Assembly (NCBI GenBank): GCA_001787405.1
Contig: MFWV01000003.1
Location: 64,790-128,789 of the forward strand
Reading direction: 5' to 3'
Source: Candidatus Pacebacteria bacterium RIFOXYA1_FULL_38_18
Lineage (GTDB): Bacteria > Patescibacteriota > Microgenomatia > UBA1400 > PJMF01
DNA length: 64,000 bases
The notes under the pieces are model-generated. The model searched no databases and was not told the origin of the DNA. It saw only the letters and a list, made by a program, of their open reading frames with translations. Each line of letters starts with the position of its first letter. The first letter of the stretch is position 1. Below are positions 30,779 through 40,094 of this stretch, in pieces. The translations under genes were made by a program, and so were the position numbers.

Positions 30779-31345
30779 ATGAATTTCATTGAAGATTCAA
30801 TCAACAAAAATCTTGCTAAAAAAATTTTTATTATTTTGAAAGGTCGAATTTCACCAAAATCATCATTGCTTGATTATGGTTGTGGAAGAGGATTTGTAGG
30901 TCAGGAATTACAGCAAAATTTGGAGTTGGGCATCTTAGGAGTTGATGTTATAGATGTGAGAAGAGTTGGTATTCCATTTAAGCAAATTCATTCTCATCAA
31001 AGGTTACCATTTAAAGATAGGCAATTTGATTATGTGCTTGTTTCATTTGTTTTACATCACACCGATAATATCGAAGATATTTTGAGAGAATTAAAGCGTG
31101 TTGTTAGAAAGAAAATATTTATATTTGAGGATACGCCAAGTAATTTAGTTACGAATTGGCAGTGCAATCTCCATGGATTTGCTTTTAAAATGGTTTATGG
31201 TTTAAAAAATAATTGGCAATTTTATTCTTATGATGAATGGCAAAATATTTTTTCCAGTGTTGGGTTGAAGCAAGAAAAGGCAATTAGTTTTCATAGCAAC
31301 AATCCAATATACAATCCTTCAAGAACCCTATTTATAGTTAAATAA
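30779..31345 (+). CDS. class I SAM-dependent methyltransferase
   Basis: LLDYGCGRG, LPFKDRQFD, FVLHH. Confidence 0.9.
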   Translation: MNFIEDSINKNLAKKIFIILKGRISPKSSLLDYGCGRGFVGQELQQNLELGILGVDVIDVRRVGIPFKQIHSHQRLPFKDRQFDYVLVSFVLHHTDNIEDILRELKRVVRKKIFIFEDTPSNLVTNWQCNLHGFAFKMVYGLKNNWQFYSYDEWQNIFSSVGLKQEKAISFHSNNPIYNPSRTLFIVK

Positions 31346-31409
31346 TTCAGAATTATTAGCTTTCCATCTTTTATCATCGGCCCCACCCAATTTTTGATAT
31401 AATCTCTAT

Positions 31410-31748
31410 ATGGCTTTACCCTTTTCCACCTTTATTGAAAAAGATGGCTTTATTTTTACATCTGGCCAGGTTCACCTTGGTCCAGATGGTACGCTGGTGG
31501 GTGAAACTATTGAAGAGCAGGTAGCGCAGGTGATGAATAACCTGCGAGCAGTTTTGGATCAAGCTGGAGTGGGTTTTGAAAATGTGGTCAAATCGACTGT
31601 TTATATTACAAACATGGCTGATTATTCGCAAGTAAGTCAGGTTTATGCAACTTATTTCAAAAATCAATATCCTGCGCGAGAGATTATTGGCGTGAAGGCT
31701 CTTCCTTTGGGTGCAAGTGTAGAAATTAGTTTGATTGCCAAAAAATGA
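31410..31748 (+). CDS. RidA/YjgF family enamine deaminase
   Basis: IFTSGQ, VVKSTVY, YPAR, LPLGASVEI. Confidence 0.92.
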   Translation: MALPFSTFIEKDGFIFTSGQVHLGPDGTLVGETIEEQVAQVMNNLRAVLDQAGVGFENVVKSTVYITNMADYSQVSQVYATYFKNQYPAREIIGVKALPLGASVEISLIAKK

Positions 31749-32218
31749 ATATTAGACCCGTCACAGATGCAGACTTCCCAAGATTATCAGGAATTTATAC
31801 TGATGCTTACAATGTGTTGAAAATTGGTGAGGAGTGGACTCCTCCCACCGCTGAAAAACTCTTAAGACATTTATATGATGCTCAGCCAGACTTGTTTTTC
31901 GTCATAGAGATGGATGGAGTGGTGGTGGGAGCGGTGAATGCTTTGGTCAAACCTTGGTGGGATGGTAATCATATTACCGATGGAGAAATTTTTGTGGATC
32001 CAAAACAGCAGGGAAAGGGGATTGGTAAAGCTTTACTCAAACACCTTTTTGTGCAAGCAAAACAATTGTATCAAGCCGTGGCTTGGGACACTTTTACCCA
32101 TGTAGTGCACGAACACCCACTCAGTTGGTACAAAGAGCTAGGATTTGAAGAGATTAAGGAATGGACGATGATCACGGGAGATATTGAAAAAGTGTTGGAT
32201 AATTTGGAGAAAAAGTAG
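31745..32218 (+). CDS. GNAT acetyltransferase
   Basis: [23 protein letters not shown]. Confidence 0.9.
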   Translation: MNIRPVTDADFPRLSGIYTDAYNVLKIGEEWTPPTAEKLLRHLYDAQPDLFFVIEMDGVVVGAVNALVKPWWDGNHITDGEIFVDPKQQGKGIGKALLKHLFVQAKQLYQAVAWDTFTHVVHEHPLSWYKELGFEEIKEWTMITGDIEKVLDNLEKK

Positions 32219-32255
32219 TACATTTTCCTCTCTGAAGGAAAAAAGGAGGCTGAGT

Positions 32256-32750
32256 ATGAACAAAAATGAATCTGAAACAAAAGCATCCCCAGAAAGTATT
32301 TCAAAGTTTAAAAAACTGCGTGGCAATAGAAAGTTCCGATTGTGGTTGATTGCTGCATTGATGGCAATTGTGGTAATACTTTTTATCTTTTTTGAAAAAC
32401 TTAGAATTTTTCTGGTTATTATTTTCATTACGCTACTGGCTGCCCTTGGATTGGAAGTTTCGCAAAATGATTGGGATTTGGGCAAACTGTGGGAAACAGG
32501 ATCGTTTCAGGAATCCAAAGTATTGCGCGATGAATCAGGCAATGTTTTATTTGATAAACTTGGCAATATTACCACCGATTCTTCAAAGGGTAAAAAAGCA
32601 GATGAATATAATTGTGATGATTTTTCAACGCAACCTGAAGCTCAAGAATTTTTTGAAAAAGTTGGGGGAGTTGGCAATGACGTTAATAGGCTTGATGGAG
32701 ACAAGGACGGAGTCGCCTGTGAGAGTTTGCCAAAAGAAGAGAGTAACTAG
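32256..32750 (+). CDS. membrane protein with C-terminal excalibur Ca-binding domain
   Basis: Two TMs; YNCDDF...[12 protein letters not shown]; AGGAGG SD before ATG 32256. Confidence 0.85.
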   Translation: MNKNESETKASPESISKFKKLRGNRKFRLWLIAALMAIVVILFIFFEKLRIFLVIIFITLLAALGLEVSQNDWDLGKLWETGSFQESKVLRDESGNVLFDKLGNITTDSSKGKKADEYNCDDFSTQPEAQEFFEKVGGVGNDVNRLDGDKDGVACESLPKEESN

Positions 32751-32810
32751 TTGGTTGTGTTTGCGAGTATTGGGGTTACTTATTGTTTAAGATGGGCAAG
32801 ATAAATTATT

Positions 32811-33593
32811 ATGAATGAAACACAAAATTTTTCCTCCGAATTACCTGTATCTTCCGATTCAAAAGAATATTCCACAGAAAGAATAGACAAACTCTTGGAA
32901 AACCAAACATTATTGAACAAACTGATTGAAATGGGGAAAAGAAGAGCTGAAGATATGTGGAACAGATCAAGAGAGATAATTTCTAAACATGTAGACCCAA
33001 ATGGAAAGATTTTGGATGTCGGAGTTGGTTTTGGTCAAATAACAGAGGTTTTCATGGATAACTTAAAAGGAGGTTTTAAAAATGTATTTTCGATTGATGT
33101 TATACGTTTACTACAGGTTAAAAAATTAAAAGAAAACTATGCCTTGGCCAAGGGAGAATATATGCCGTATGCATCAGAATCAGTAAAAACAGTTTTTATT
33201 ACTGATGTCTTGCATCACACTCCCAAGCCAGAAGATATATTGGCAGAGTCCAGTAGAGTTCTAGAAGCCGAGGGGATTGTCGTAGTATTAGAAAATCTAT
33301 TACGAGATGATTTACCAGAACCGTTAAAAACGATATACAGAAAAATTCTATTTGCTTTTGACAATACATCAAATGCTCAAAATGAAGTTGATCATCCTCA
33401 TTCAAATCAAACTTTGGCAGGCTGGCAAAAACTTGCAGAATTATCGGGTTTGGAAATGATAGATCATAAAGAATGGCAGTGGGGGTTAGTAGATTTCATT
33501 CCAGGTTTGGCCGAAAAAGGTAACAGAGATAAACCAGGAATTTTAAGACCATTTACAGATTCAGTAATGGTTTTTCGCAAATCAAACAATTGA
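32811..33593 (+). CDS. class I SAM-dependent methyltransferase
   Basis: ILDVGVGFG, MPY, DVLHH, SRVL. Confidence 0.85.
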   Translation: MNETQNFSSELPVSSDSKEYSTERIDKLLENQTLLNKLIEMGKRRAEDMWNRSREIISKHVDPNGKILDVGVGFGQITEVFMDNLKGGFKNVFSIDVIRLLQVKKLKENYALAKGEYMPYASESVKTVFITDVLHHTPKPEDILAESSRVLEAEGIVVVLENLLRDDLPEPLKTIYRKILFAFDNTSNAQNEVDHPHSNQTLAGWQKLAELSGLEMIDHKEWQWGLVDFIPGLAEKGNRDKPGILRPFTDSVMVFRKSNN

Positions 33594-33735
33594 TTTTTTA
33601 CTATTTTTTTGACCAAAATACAAAAACTAGTTATAAATCAGTCGCTTTTTTCTATATAAAGACATAGATTGACATATTTTGACACATCAACTAAGATTTG
33701 AATATTATTCTTATTAATTATCAGAATGCACTCAT

Positions 33736-34245
33736 ATGCCTAGAAACTTGGAAGCAGATCAACGAAACTTGGGAGAAGATCGACAAAACTTGGAAGAAGA
33801 TCAACAATTTAGACAAGAAAATAATGAGGCTCTAGATTATAAATATGTAGATCAAATTATTTCGGCTGCCAAAGGAGAAATTAAGAAAAATTTAAAAGAT
33901 TTAAACAATTTATTGAAAGAATATTTTGAAAAAAGGGGCAACAAAGACTTGAGTGATGACCAAAAAGAATTTATTGGAGGGAGAGCAAGGGATCTGGTGT
34001 TTTATCAAACTTTTGCTGCTATTTTTAAAATGATTCAATTAAATAATATAGGAAAAATATACTATTGGGAAAGAGTCAAGCAATATAGAGAATCCTTTTT
34101 TAATATACCAATCTCTGACCAGTCATCCGAAAAATTATTTGCTCTTGGATTGAACCCATTCCAAGAAGCTGGTTTGGAGTTAAGAGTTACACTTTTGGTA
34201 CGAAAAATCATGAATAAAAATAGATTTCCCAAAAAACACGATTGA
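33736..34245 (+). CDS. hypothetical protein with a 3x7-aa N-terminal repeat
   Basis: 169 aa; RNLEADQ/RNLGEDR/QNLEEDQ encoded by 21-bp repeats at 33742-33804. Confidence 0.6.
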   Translation: MPRNLEADQRNLGEDRQNLEEDQQFRQENNEALDYKYVDQIISAAKGEIKKNLKDLNNLLKEYFEKRGNKDLSDDQKEFIGGRARDLVFYQTFAAIFKMIQLNNIGKIYYWERVKQYRESFFNIPISDQSSEKLFALGLNPFQEAGLELRVTLLVRKIMNKNRFPKKHD

Positions 34246-34304
34246 TTGGAGAAGTAATTTCAGTTTCTCAATTCAAGACCACAATGGTTGCATATATCTC
34301 ATGA

Positions 34305-34341
34305 TTGACAAGTACTACAACTAGTTGCTATATTTGTAGTA
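34305..34341 (+). promoter_or_regulatory. promoter with overlapping inverted repeat
   Basis: TTGACA 34305, TATATT 34329, ATG 34341; TACTACAA (34313-34320) / TTGTAGTA (34334-34341). Confidence 0.6.
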
Positions 34342-34511
34342 TGACAACTAAGAAAAAGCAACGCGCTACTATTTTTTTGAATCCAGCTGTCTATAAACAC
34401 TCCCGGGCACAAGCGATAGTCGAGGAATTAACTTTGACTCAACTTGTAGAAAAAGCTCTAGTTTGCTATTTACCAAAAGAAACAATTATCAAGAAAGTGA
34501 GGGAAATATGA
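34341..34511 (+). CDS. small ribbon-helix-helix-like protein
   Basis: RATIFL strand followed by two helices (TLTQLVEKAL). Confidence 0.65.
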   Translation: MTTKKKQRATIFLNPAVYKHSRAQAIVEELTLTQLVEKALVCYLPKETIIKKVREI

Positions 34512-34885
34512 GTGAATCACAAGTTAAAACGGGGTCTCCTCAAAAAGATTACCAAGCGAAAAAAGCAATTTTTCGCACCTATCAGATTATTTGGTACATC
34601 CTCGGTCTAATCGAAGTGGTATTGGGCTTTAGAGTGCTATTCAAACTCCTTGGAGCCAATGCTTCCAGCGGATTTACCAATTTTATCTATGCAATTAGCT
34701 ATCCCTTTGCCCAGCCATTTGCGGGCATATTGGGTACAACCAAAAGCTCAGGCATTGTCCTGGAATGGTCAACTCTAATTGCCATGATAGTTTATGTGGT
34801 TGTCGCCTATGGAATCGTAGCCTTCTTTCAGCTGGTGAAGCCGACTGATCAAGAAGAGGTAGAACAAACAGTTGATAGTCAATAG
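34508..34885 (+). CDS. YggT-like membrane protein
   Basis: FRVLFKLLGAN..FTNFIY.IS.PF..PF pattern; ATG 34508 overlaps the upstream TGA. Confidence 0.75.
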   Translation: MSESQVKTGSPQKDYQAKKAIFRTYQIIWYILGLIEVVLGFRVLFKLLGANASSGFTNFIYAISYPFAQPFAGILGTTKSSGIVLEWSTLIAMIVYVVVAYGIVAFFQLVKPTDQEEVEQTVDSQ

Positions 34886-34914
34886 ATTATTAATAATTAA
34901 AGGGAGGTGAAAAT

Positions 34915-35058
34915 ATGAGTATTTCATTAACAGCATTAAGTCCAATTACGGCTTTGCTTTTTGGCATCTTAATTTTGATGTTTCCCAAATTTTTGAACTA
35001 TTTGATTGCGGGATATCTGATTCTTATCGGTTTGATTGGCTTGGGTGTATTTATATAA
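34915..35058 (+). CDS. DUF3096-like small membrane protein (not in ORF track)
   Basis: 47 aa ...GILILMFPKFLNYLIAGYLILIG; GGAGGTG SD. Confidence 0.75.
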   Translation: MSISLTALSPITALLFGILILMFPKFLNYLIAGYLILIGLIGLGVFI

Positions 35059-35076
35059 AAAGTAAAGAAGGAACAT

Positions 35077-35325
35077 ATGGGTATTATTCTATGGATTATT
35101 TTAGGTGGCATTGCTGGTTGGATTGCTTCTATGGTGATGGAGACTAATTCTCAGGGCACGCTCGCCGATATTATCATGGGCATTGTAGGTGCTATGGTGG
35201 GTGGTTTTCTATTGAACCTAATTGGCCAATCAGGAGTGACAGGGTTTAATGTTTATAGCTTATTTGTGGCTGTTATTGGTGCCATAGTTCTTATTTATCT
35301 TGGTCGGATGTTTCGCTCAAGATAA
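35077..35325 (+). CDS. GlsB/YeaQ/YmgE transglycosylase-associated membrane protein
   Basis: WIILGGIAGWIA...DIIMGIVGAMVGG...AVIGAIVL. Confidence 0.9.
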   Translation: MGIILWIILGGIAGWIASMVMETNSQGTLADIIMGIVGAMVGGFLLNLIGQSGVTGFNVYSLFVAVIGAIVLIYLGRMFRSR

Positions 35326-35342
35326 AAAATCGAAAGGAAATC

Positions 35343-35687
35343 ATGTTAGCTTTGATATTACTGCTGGTTGTGGGATCTATACTTGCTTATATCTCCAAAT
35401 TTAATATTATGCCGGTCACAGTCAACTTTGGTGTTTATGTTTTGACTGATATTCCACTTTTCTATGTCATCATCGGTTCTGTCATTTTTGGTTTAGTTTT
35501 GTCGTATCTTTTTTATCTTGCCCATGCCATTTCCCACGTTTTCAAACTGCGTGGTAAAGATAAAGAAATCAAGAAAAATAAAAATGAAGTACTTGGATTA
35601 ACTAGACAAGTGCATCAATTGGAGTTGGAAAAAGAAAAACGCAAAAAAAATAATCCGCTGGAGCCAGTCGATAAAAATTCATTATGA
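35343..35687 (+). CDS. LapA-like membrane protein
   Basis: TM, N..PVTVNFG, IPL, second TM, coiled-coil tail. Confidence 0.7.
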   Translation: MLALILLLVVGSILAYISKFNIMPVTVNFGVYVLTDIPLFYVIIGSVIFGLVLSYLFYLAHAISHVFKLRGKDKEIKKNKNEVLGLTRQVHQLELEKEKRKKNNPLEPVDKNSL

Positions 35688-36142
35688 AGACGATGTTGGC
35701 AAAGTTATGGAAAGCCTTTCGCTTTCCCAAAAAGTTTCAATTATTTGTGATGCGTTTTTTGCAAGATCAATTCTTGGTGGGCTTAACGGGCATTATTTTC
35801 AATGATAAAAATGAAGTTTTGTTGTTTAAGCATGTTTATCGAGCTCATTCGTGGAGTTTACCAGGCGGTTATATGAAAGCCGGTGAACATCCAAAAGAAG
35901 CGCTGGAAAGAGAAATTAAAGAAGAATCAGGGCTAGTGGTGAGCGTGGACGAACAACTCAAAACACGAACTGACCGAGAAACTGCTCGTTTGGATATTTG
36001 TTATGTCGGTGTTTTTATTGGTGGGGACTTTTCTCCCTCATCTGAAGTTTCTGAATTTGGATTTTTTAGCCTAGATAAACTGCCCTTGATTCGAAAAAAT
36101 CAGTTGTTTTTAATCAATGAGGCCCTAACTCAGAGAACTTAG
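35684..36142 (+). CDS. NUDIX hydrolase
   Basis: Nudix box GGYMKAGEHPKEALEREIKEESG. Confidence 0.92.
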   Translation: MKTMLAKLWKAFRFPKKFQLFVMRFLQDQFLVGLTGIIFNDKNEVLLFKHVYRAHSWSLPGGYMKAGEHPKEALEREIKEESGLVVSVDEQLKTRTDRETARLDICYVGVFIGGDFSPSSEVSEFGFFSLDKLPLIRKNQLFLINEALTQRT

Positions 36143-36170
36143 CATCAAAATCAACTTTATAGAATGTTTC

Positions 36171-36410
36171 TCAATTCAAGATCACAATGGCTGCGTTGAG
36201 TGTAGTGGCAAAAGTTACCCACAATAGATAGGGCACTAATAAATAAAAGGCTGCTTTTGATAAAGGATAAAACTTTTTCATGGTCAGCATGATGGACGCC
36301 CACAGTGCCACGATGACGATCAGGCCCAGTAAGGGGGATCGCAGACCAAAAAAGATGGGTGACCAGCTGAAATTGAGCACTAGTTGCACCAGAAAAAATA
36401 GGCCGGCGGC
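36171..36410 (-). pseudogene. tspO: 5'-truncated TspO/MBR family gene
   Basis: QLVLNFSWSPIFFG...LLVPYLLWVTFATTLN is the C-terminal half; an in-frame stop at 36411-36413 lies upstream and the N-half is absent. Confidence 0.8.
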
Positions 36411-36445
36411 TTAATTTATTTCTTTCTTTTTGTTATAATTCAACC

Positions 36446-38074
36446 ATGCTGACACAAGTTCAAACTCTGCTGAAACTTAAAAAATATTTTCCTTTAATAA
36501 TTGTTTTGTTGGGATTATTGATTTATTCAAATACTTTTCAGAGCTCATTTCACTTTGATGATGAGTTTATGCTCAGATCAATTCCCATATTTATTGAAAA
36601 TAAAGCATGGTTTTCCAACCCCAGGGCAATCGGCAATCTCACTTTTGCGTTTAATTATGCGCTACATGAAAGAAATGTTTTTGGTTATCATTTGATCAAT
36701 CTTTCTATTCATCTTGCTACTTCAGTATTAGTTTATTTTCTATCTTTGTTGATTTTTCGCACACCAGCGATAAAAGACAAAAAAATTGCCAAACAAAAAT
36801 ATTGGTTTAGTTTTTTTATTGCCCTTATTTTTGTTGCTCATCCATTACAAATTCAAGCAGTGACTTATATTGTGCAGAGATTTTCATCGCTGTCAGCCCT
36901 ATTTTATATATGGGGTTTATGGAGTTATTTCAAAGGAAGATTGGATCAACGCCCCAGTTATTATTTGTGGGCAATAATTGCATTTTTATTGGGGCTTTTT
37001 ACCAAAGCAGATGGAGCGACTTGGCCATTGGCAATCGTATTGAGTGAGGGATTATTTTTTCCAGCCAAAAATTTACGGTCAAAAATCCTGACCAAATTTT
37101 TGATTCCCGCTTTATTGTTTTTTGCTCCCTTATTGATGGTTTTGAAGTTTTTCAAAAAAGTAATTTTTGCTGCTCAATTTTCTTTTTTGGGAGAAGTGGT
37201 GACGAGCAAAACTTATTTTTTGACTCAAATGAGAGTAATTCCCAAATATATTCAATTATTGTTTTTTCCTCTCAATCAAAATTTTGATTATTATTTTCCG
37301 ATTAGTAAAAGTTTTATGGAACCAGCCGTATGGTTGGGTTTTTGTTTTTTAACAATGATTATTGTTGTTGCGATTTTATTGATCAAAAAACAACCATTAA
37401 TCAGTTTTGGCATAATCTGGTTTTTTATTACGCTGATCGTTACTAGCAGTTTTATTCCTATTAGTGATGTAATTTTTGAGCATCGTCTTTATTTGCCCAT
37501 GATGGGTTTCGCGTTTTTCTTGGTCATTGGTGTCTATAAATTATTGGCTCATTTTATAAGCGATCAATCTCAGCGAATGAATAATTTTATTTTTTTCATG
37601 ACAGCAATAGTGTTATTTTATGGAGTCTTAACTTATCGCAGAAACTTAGTTTGGAAAAATGATTTAAGCTTGATGACGGATGTCATTCAAAAATCACCAC
37701 TTAAAGCACGAGGCTATAATTGGCTGGCCATAGCTTTGCAAAAAGATGGCAACCTGACCGCTGCCAAGGAAAATTATTTGCAAGCAATTAAGCTCAAATC
37801 TAATTATCAAGATGCTTATAACAATCTAGCCAATATTTATTCTTATGAGGGAGATTTGCCAAATGCATTAAAGTATTATAATCTTGCGCTTGACTTGGGA
37901 AGAAGAATCAATGAAATTAAATTAAATATTGGTTTGACTTATTTTAATGTAAAACAATACGATGTGGCACTGCAATATTTTAACGAAGTGCTGGAAGATG
38001 ATCCAAAAAACATGTTGGCTGTAAAATATATTGAGATGACGCAGGCTAAGTTGGCTGGTAGTAAAGAGAGATAA
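36446..38074 (+). CDS. TMTC-like GT-C membrane protein with C-terminal TPRs
   Basis: FHFDD, GYHLINLSIH, HPLQIQAVTYIVQR, EHRLYLP, then TPR repeats. Confidence 0.85.
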   Translation: MLTQVQTLLKLKKYFPLIIVLLGLLIYSNTFQSSFHFDDEFMLRSIPIFIENKAWFSNPRAIGNLTFAFNYALHERNVFGYHLINLSIHLATSVLVYFLSLLIFRTPAIKDKKIAKQKYWFSFFIALIFVAHPLQIQAVTYIVQRFSSLSALFYIWGLWSYFKGRLDQRPSYYLWAIIAFLLGLFTKADGATWPLAIVLSEGLFFPAKNLRSKILTKFLIPALLFFAPLLMVLKFFKKVIFAAQFSFLGEVVTSKTYFLTQMRVIPKYIQLLFFPLNQNFDYYFPISKSFMEPAVWLGFCFLTMIIVVAILLIKKQPLISFGIIWFFITLIVTSSFIPISDVIFEHRLYLPMMGFAFFLVIGVYKLLAHFISDQSQRMNNFIFFMTAIVLFYGVLTYRRNLVWKNDLSLMTDVIQKSPLKARGYNWLAIALQKDGNLTAAKENYLQAIKLKSNYQDAYNNLANIYSYEGDLPNALKYYNLALDLGRRINEIKLNIGLTYFNVKQYDVALQYFNEVLEDDPKNMLAVKYIEMTQAKLAGSKER

Positions 38075-38123
38075 AATTTTTACGGGCATTGCCAGTGAAT
38101 ATTTTTTGCAGTTATCGATAAAA

Positions 38124-38139
38124 TGTTAGAATACTAATA
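38124..38139 (+). promoter_or_regulatory. candidate repressor operator 1, overlapping an extended -10 and the ATG
   Basis: Palindrome TGTTAG-AATA-CTAATA; contains TGnTAGAAT 6 nt before ATG 38139. Confidence 0.55.
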
Positions 38140-38441
38140 TGCAAACATATCCCACTAGCCAAGATAGAGAATTAATCAAAGGTTTTGCTCAGCTAAAAAA
38201 TGAAAAAGAAATCATTGGGTTTTTGCGAGATTTATTAACTCCAGCAGAGATAGAAGAATTTTCTCAAAGATTCCAGATAGCCAAGTTATTATGGACGACT
38301 ACCAAATCTTACGTTGAAATTGCCAAAAAAGTTGGCACCAGTACAACTACGGTTACCAGAGTTGCTCATTGGTTATACAAAGAATCATTCCAAGGATATG
38401 CTGTTGTTTTGGAGCGATTATTTGGAAAGTCCCAGAGATAG
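38139..38441 (+). CDS. TrpR-related (YerC/YecD) repressor
   Basis: FLRDLLTPAEI....QRFQIAKLL....SYVEIA...TSTTTVTRV. Confidence 0.9.
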   Translation: MQTYPTSQDRELIKGFAQLKNEKEIIGFLRDLLTPAEIEEFSQRFQIAKLLWTTTKSYVEIAKKVGTSTTTVTRVAHWLYKESFQGYAVVLERLFGKSQR

Positions 38442-38444
38442 ATA

Positions 38445-38491
38445 TATTAGCATATTAATATGTTGACATATAGACAATTTATGTTTATAAT
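38445..38491 (+). promoter_or_regulatory. candidate operator 2 plus consensus promoter
   Basis: TATTAG-CATA-TTAATA (38445-38460), then TTGACA (38463), 17 nt, TATAAT (38486). Confidence 0.75.
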
Positions 38492-38498
38492 CCTCTTT

Positions 38499-38656
38499 AT
38501 GATGAAAAATATTTTTATCACACCATTATTCCACCGGGCCCATGAAAGCAGCGGGGTGATTTGACGTATTAAAAAATAATAAAATAAAACGCAGTCCCAC
38601 CCCGCTTGGCAAGCGGGTTTTTTCGTTCTAAACGAGGAAAACAAGGACTGCGTTTT
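38499..38656 (+). promoter_or_regulatory. transcription attenuator (leader peptide, antiterminator, terminator)
   Basis: Leader ORF 38499-38564; AGCGGGGTG (38550-38558) complements CACCCCGCT (38598-38606), which overlaps the terminator CCCGCTT-GGC-AAGCGGG-T6 (38601-38623). Confidence 0.7.
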
Positions 38657-38678
38657 TTAGTAAAAAAAGAAAGAAAAT

Positions 38679-39422
38679 ATGACAGAAATTTATAAACAAA
38701 ATGAAGAAGAATCTTTTAAACAAGAAATGATTTTGTCAGCTAAAAATGCTGGAAAAATGGCAGAGCAAATAGCGCTATTAATTCCTCAGGAATTTAGAGC
38801 TGAAGTAGTTCAGGCCGAAATGCTCATGGTTTTAGGAGGCATTAAAGCAACATCTGACATCACTTGGGTTTTAGATGATTTTTCAGAGGAAAACGCAGGG
38901 CAATTAGTGACTGCTTTTAACAGTGTTGATATTGAGATTTCGCTAGATAAGCCAATCATTACCAAGACTGGCAAGATGCTCATTTGTGGAAAGATTAGTA
39001 ATCTTTCTTGTCTTGAAAAAGAAACACGCGAGAGTGATTTGGTGCCACCCTATACTCGAGATATTAGCGTTGCTGAATATATTGCGATTTGTGACGCAAG
39101 GGGTATTGATCGGAGGGTCAGCATGGGAAAAATTTATTCTTTTCCAGAATCGGCAATCAAAGATCGCTTGACAGTAAATAATTTTACTGAAGAACAGATA
39201 GAGGCAAAGAAATATCTGGTAAATCGTGGTGGAGAAACTTATTTTTTCTTTGATTCTCCCAAACAAGACGTGATTGAAAGAGAGGAAAAGAAAAAAATAT
39301 TTTTGCAAGAGTTGAGTCTTTCAGCAGAATTGCAGAGAGCAATAACTTTGGCTGGTGGCAGAAAAGTAATTAGAACCTGGGGCTTAAGAAGACCAGAAAT
39401 GATGGGTGTACGGGAATATTAA
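38679..39422 (+). CDS. hypothetical protein
   Basis: 247 aa ORF, no recognised motif. Confidence 0.7.
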   Translation: MTEIYKQNEEESFKQEMILSAKNAGKMAEQIALLIPQEFRAEVVQAEMLMVLGGIKATSDITWVLDDFSEENAGQLVTAFNSVDIEISLDKPIITKTGKMLICGKISNLSCLEKETRESDLVPPYTRDISVAEYIAICDARGIDRRVSMGKIYSFPESAIKDRLTVNNFTEEQIEAKKYLVNRGGETYFFFDSPKQDVIEREEKKKIFLQELSLSAELQRAITLAGGRKVIRTWGLRRPEMMGVREY

Positions 39423-39589
39423 TTTCTCCGATTACAACTCGCCTATCTCTTTCATAGTTTTTGAAAGAGATGGAGGAGATGCAATCTCCTGTGTGAGAAC
39501 AAGATAGCCTTGTTCATCACGCACTTTAAAAGAAAAAAGAGGGTGCTCTAGTTATTCAAAAATTCAAGTTTGATAATTCACGGAGGTGA

Positions 39590-39853
39590 ATGGTGAAAAA
39601 GTTAAAAGAGTATTTTGAAAAAGTTTTTGGAAAGATTTTTGGAAAAATTGGTTCCAAAACTGACGACCCAGACAAAAAGGAAGAACCTGTTCGCGGTGAT
39701 CCTCCAGAAGGTGAGAATCCCGAGGTCGACGACGACCCGGTTGGCGGTTTGGTGCACAATGGTTTTTTTAAGTGGAGCAACGCCAAAGATCTCGAGCCCA
39801 GCGAAGAAATGGAGGATTTGATCAGGCTTGGTGCCTTTAACCACCCACACTAA
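39590..39853 (+). CDS. small hypothetical protein
   Basis: 87 aa; GGAGGTGA SD; followed by a terminator. Confidence 0.6.
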   Translation: MVKKLKEYFEKVFGKIFGKIGSKTDDPDKKEEPVRGDPPEGENPEVDDDPVGGLVHNGFFKWSNAKDLEPSEEMEDLIRLGAFNHPH

Positions 39854-39898
39854 ACTAGTTAAATTCTTCTAACTAGCCCCAGCCCCTCTTTTTTTCTC

Positions 39899-39928
39899 TA
39901 GGCCCATCGCAAGGTGGGCCTATTTTTT
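39899..39928 (+). terminator. intrinsic terminator
   Basis: TAGGCCCA...TGGGCCTA followed by a T-tract. Confidence 0.8.
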
Positions 39929-40094
39929 TAACAGCAACCCAATGCCAATATTTTCACTCACCAAGTTTAACTTATAGACTTATAGGATATTACTGTTATA
40001 CTGACTATCTTCGGTTTGAAATTCCCTCATTTTAATTATTTGGCGGAAGATGCGATTCTCTCCGCGCTATTTAGTATTTAAAAAACAAGGCATT

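Noticed and set aside
34650-35670. Further GAGCCA cores (~34653, ~35661) as extra att sites
   Set aside because: Both lie inside intact coding sequences and are expected by chance
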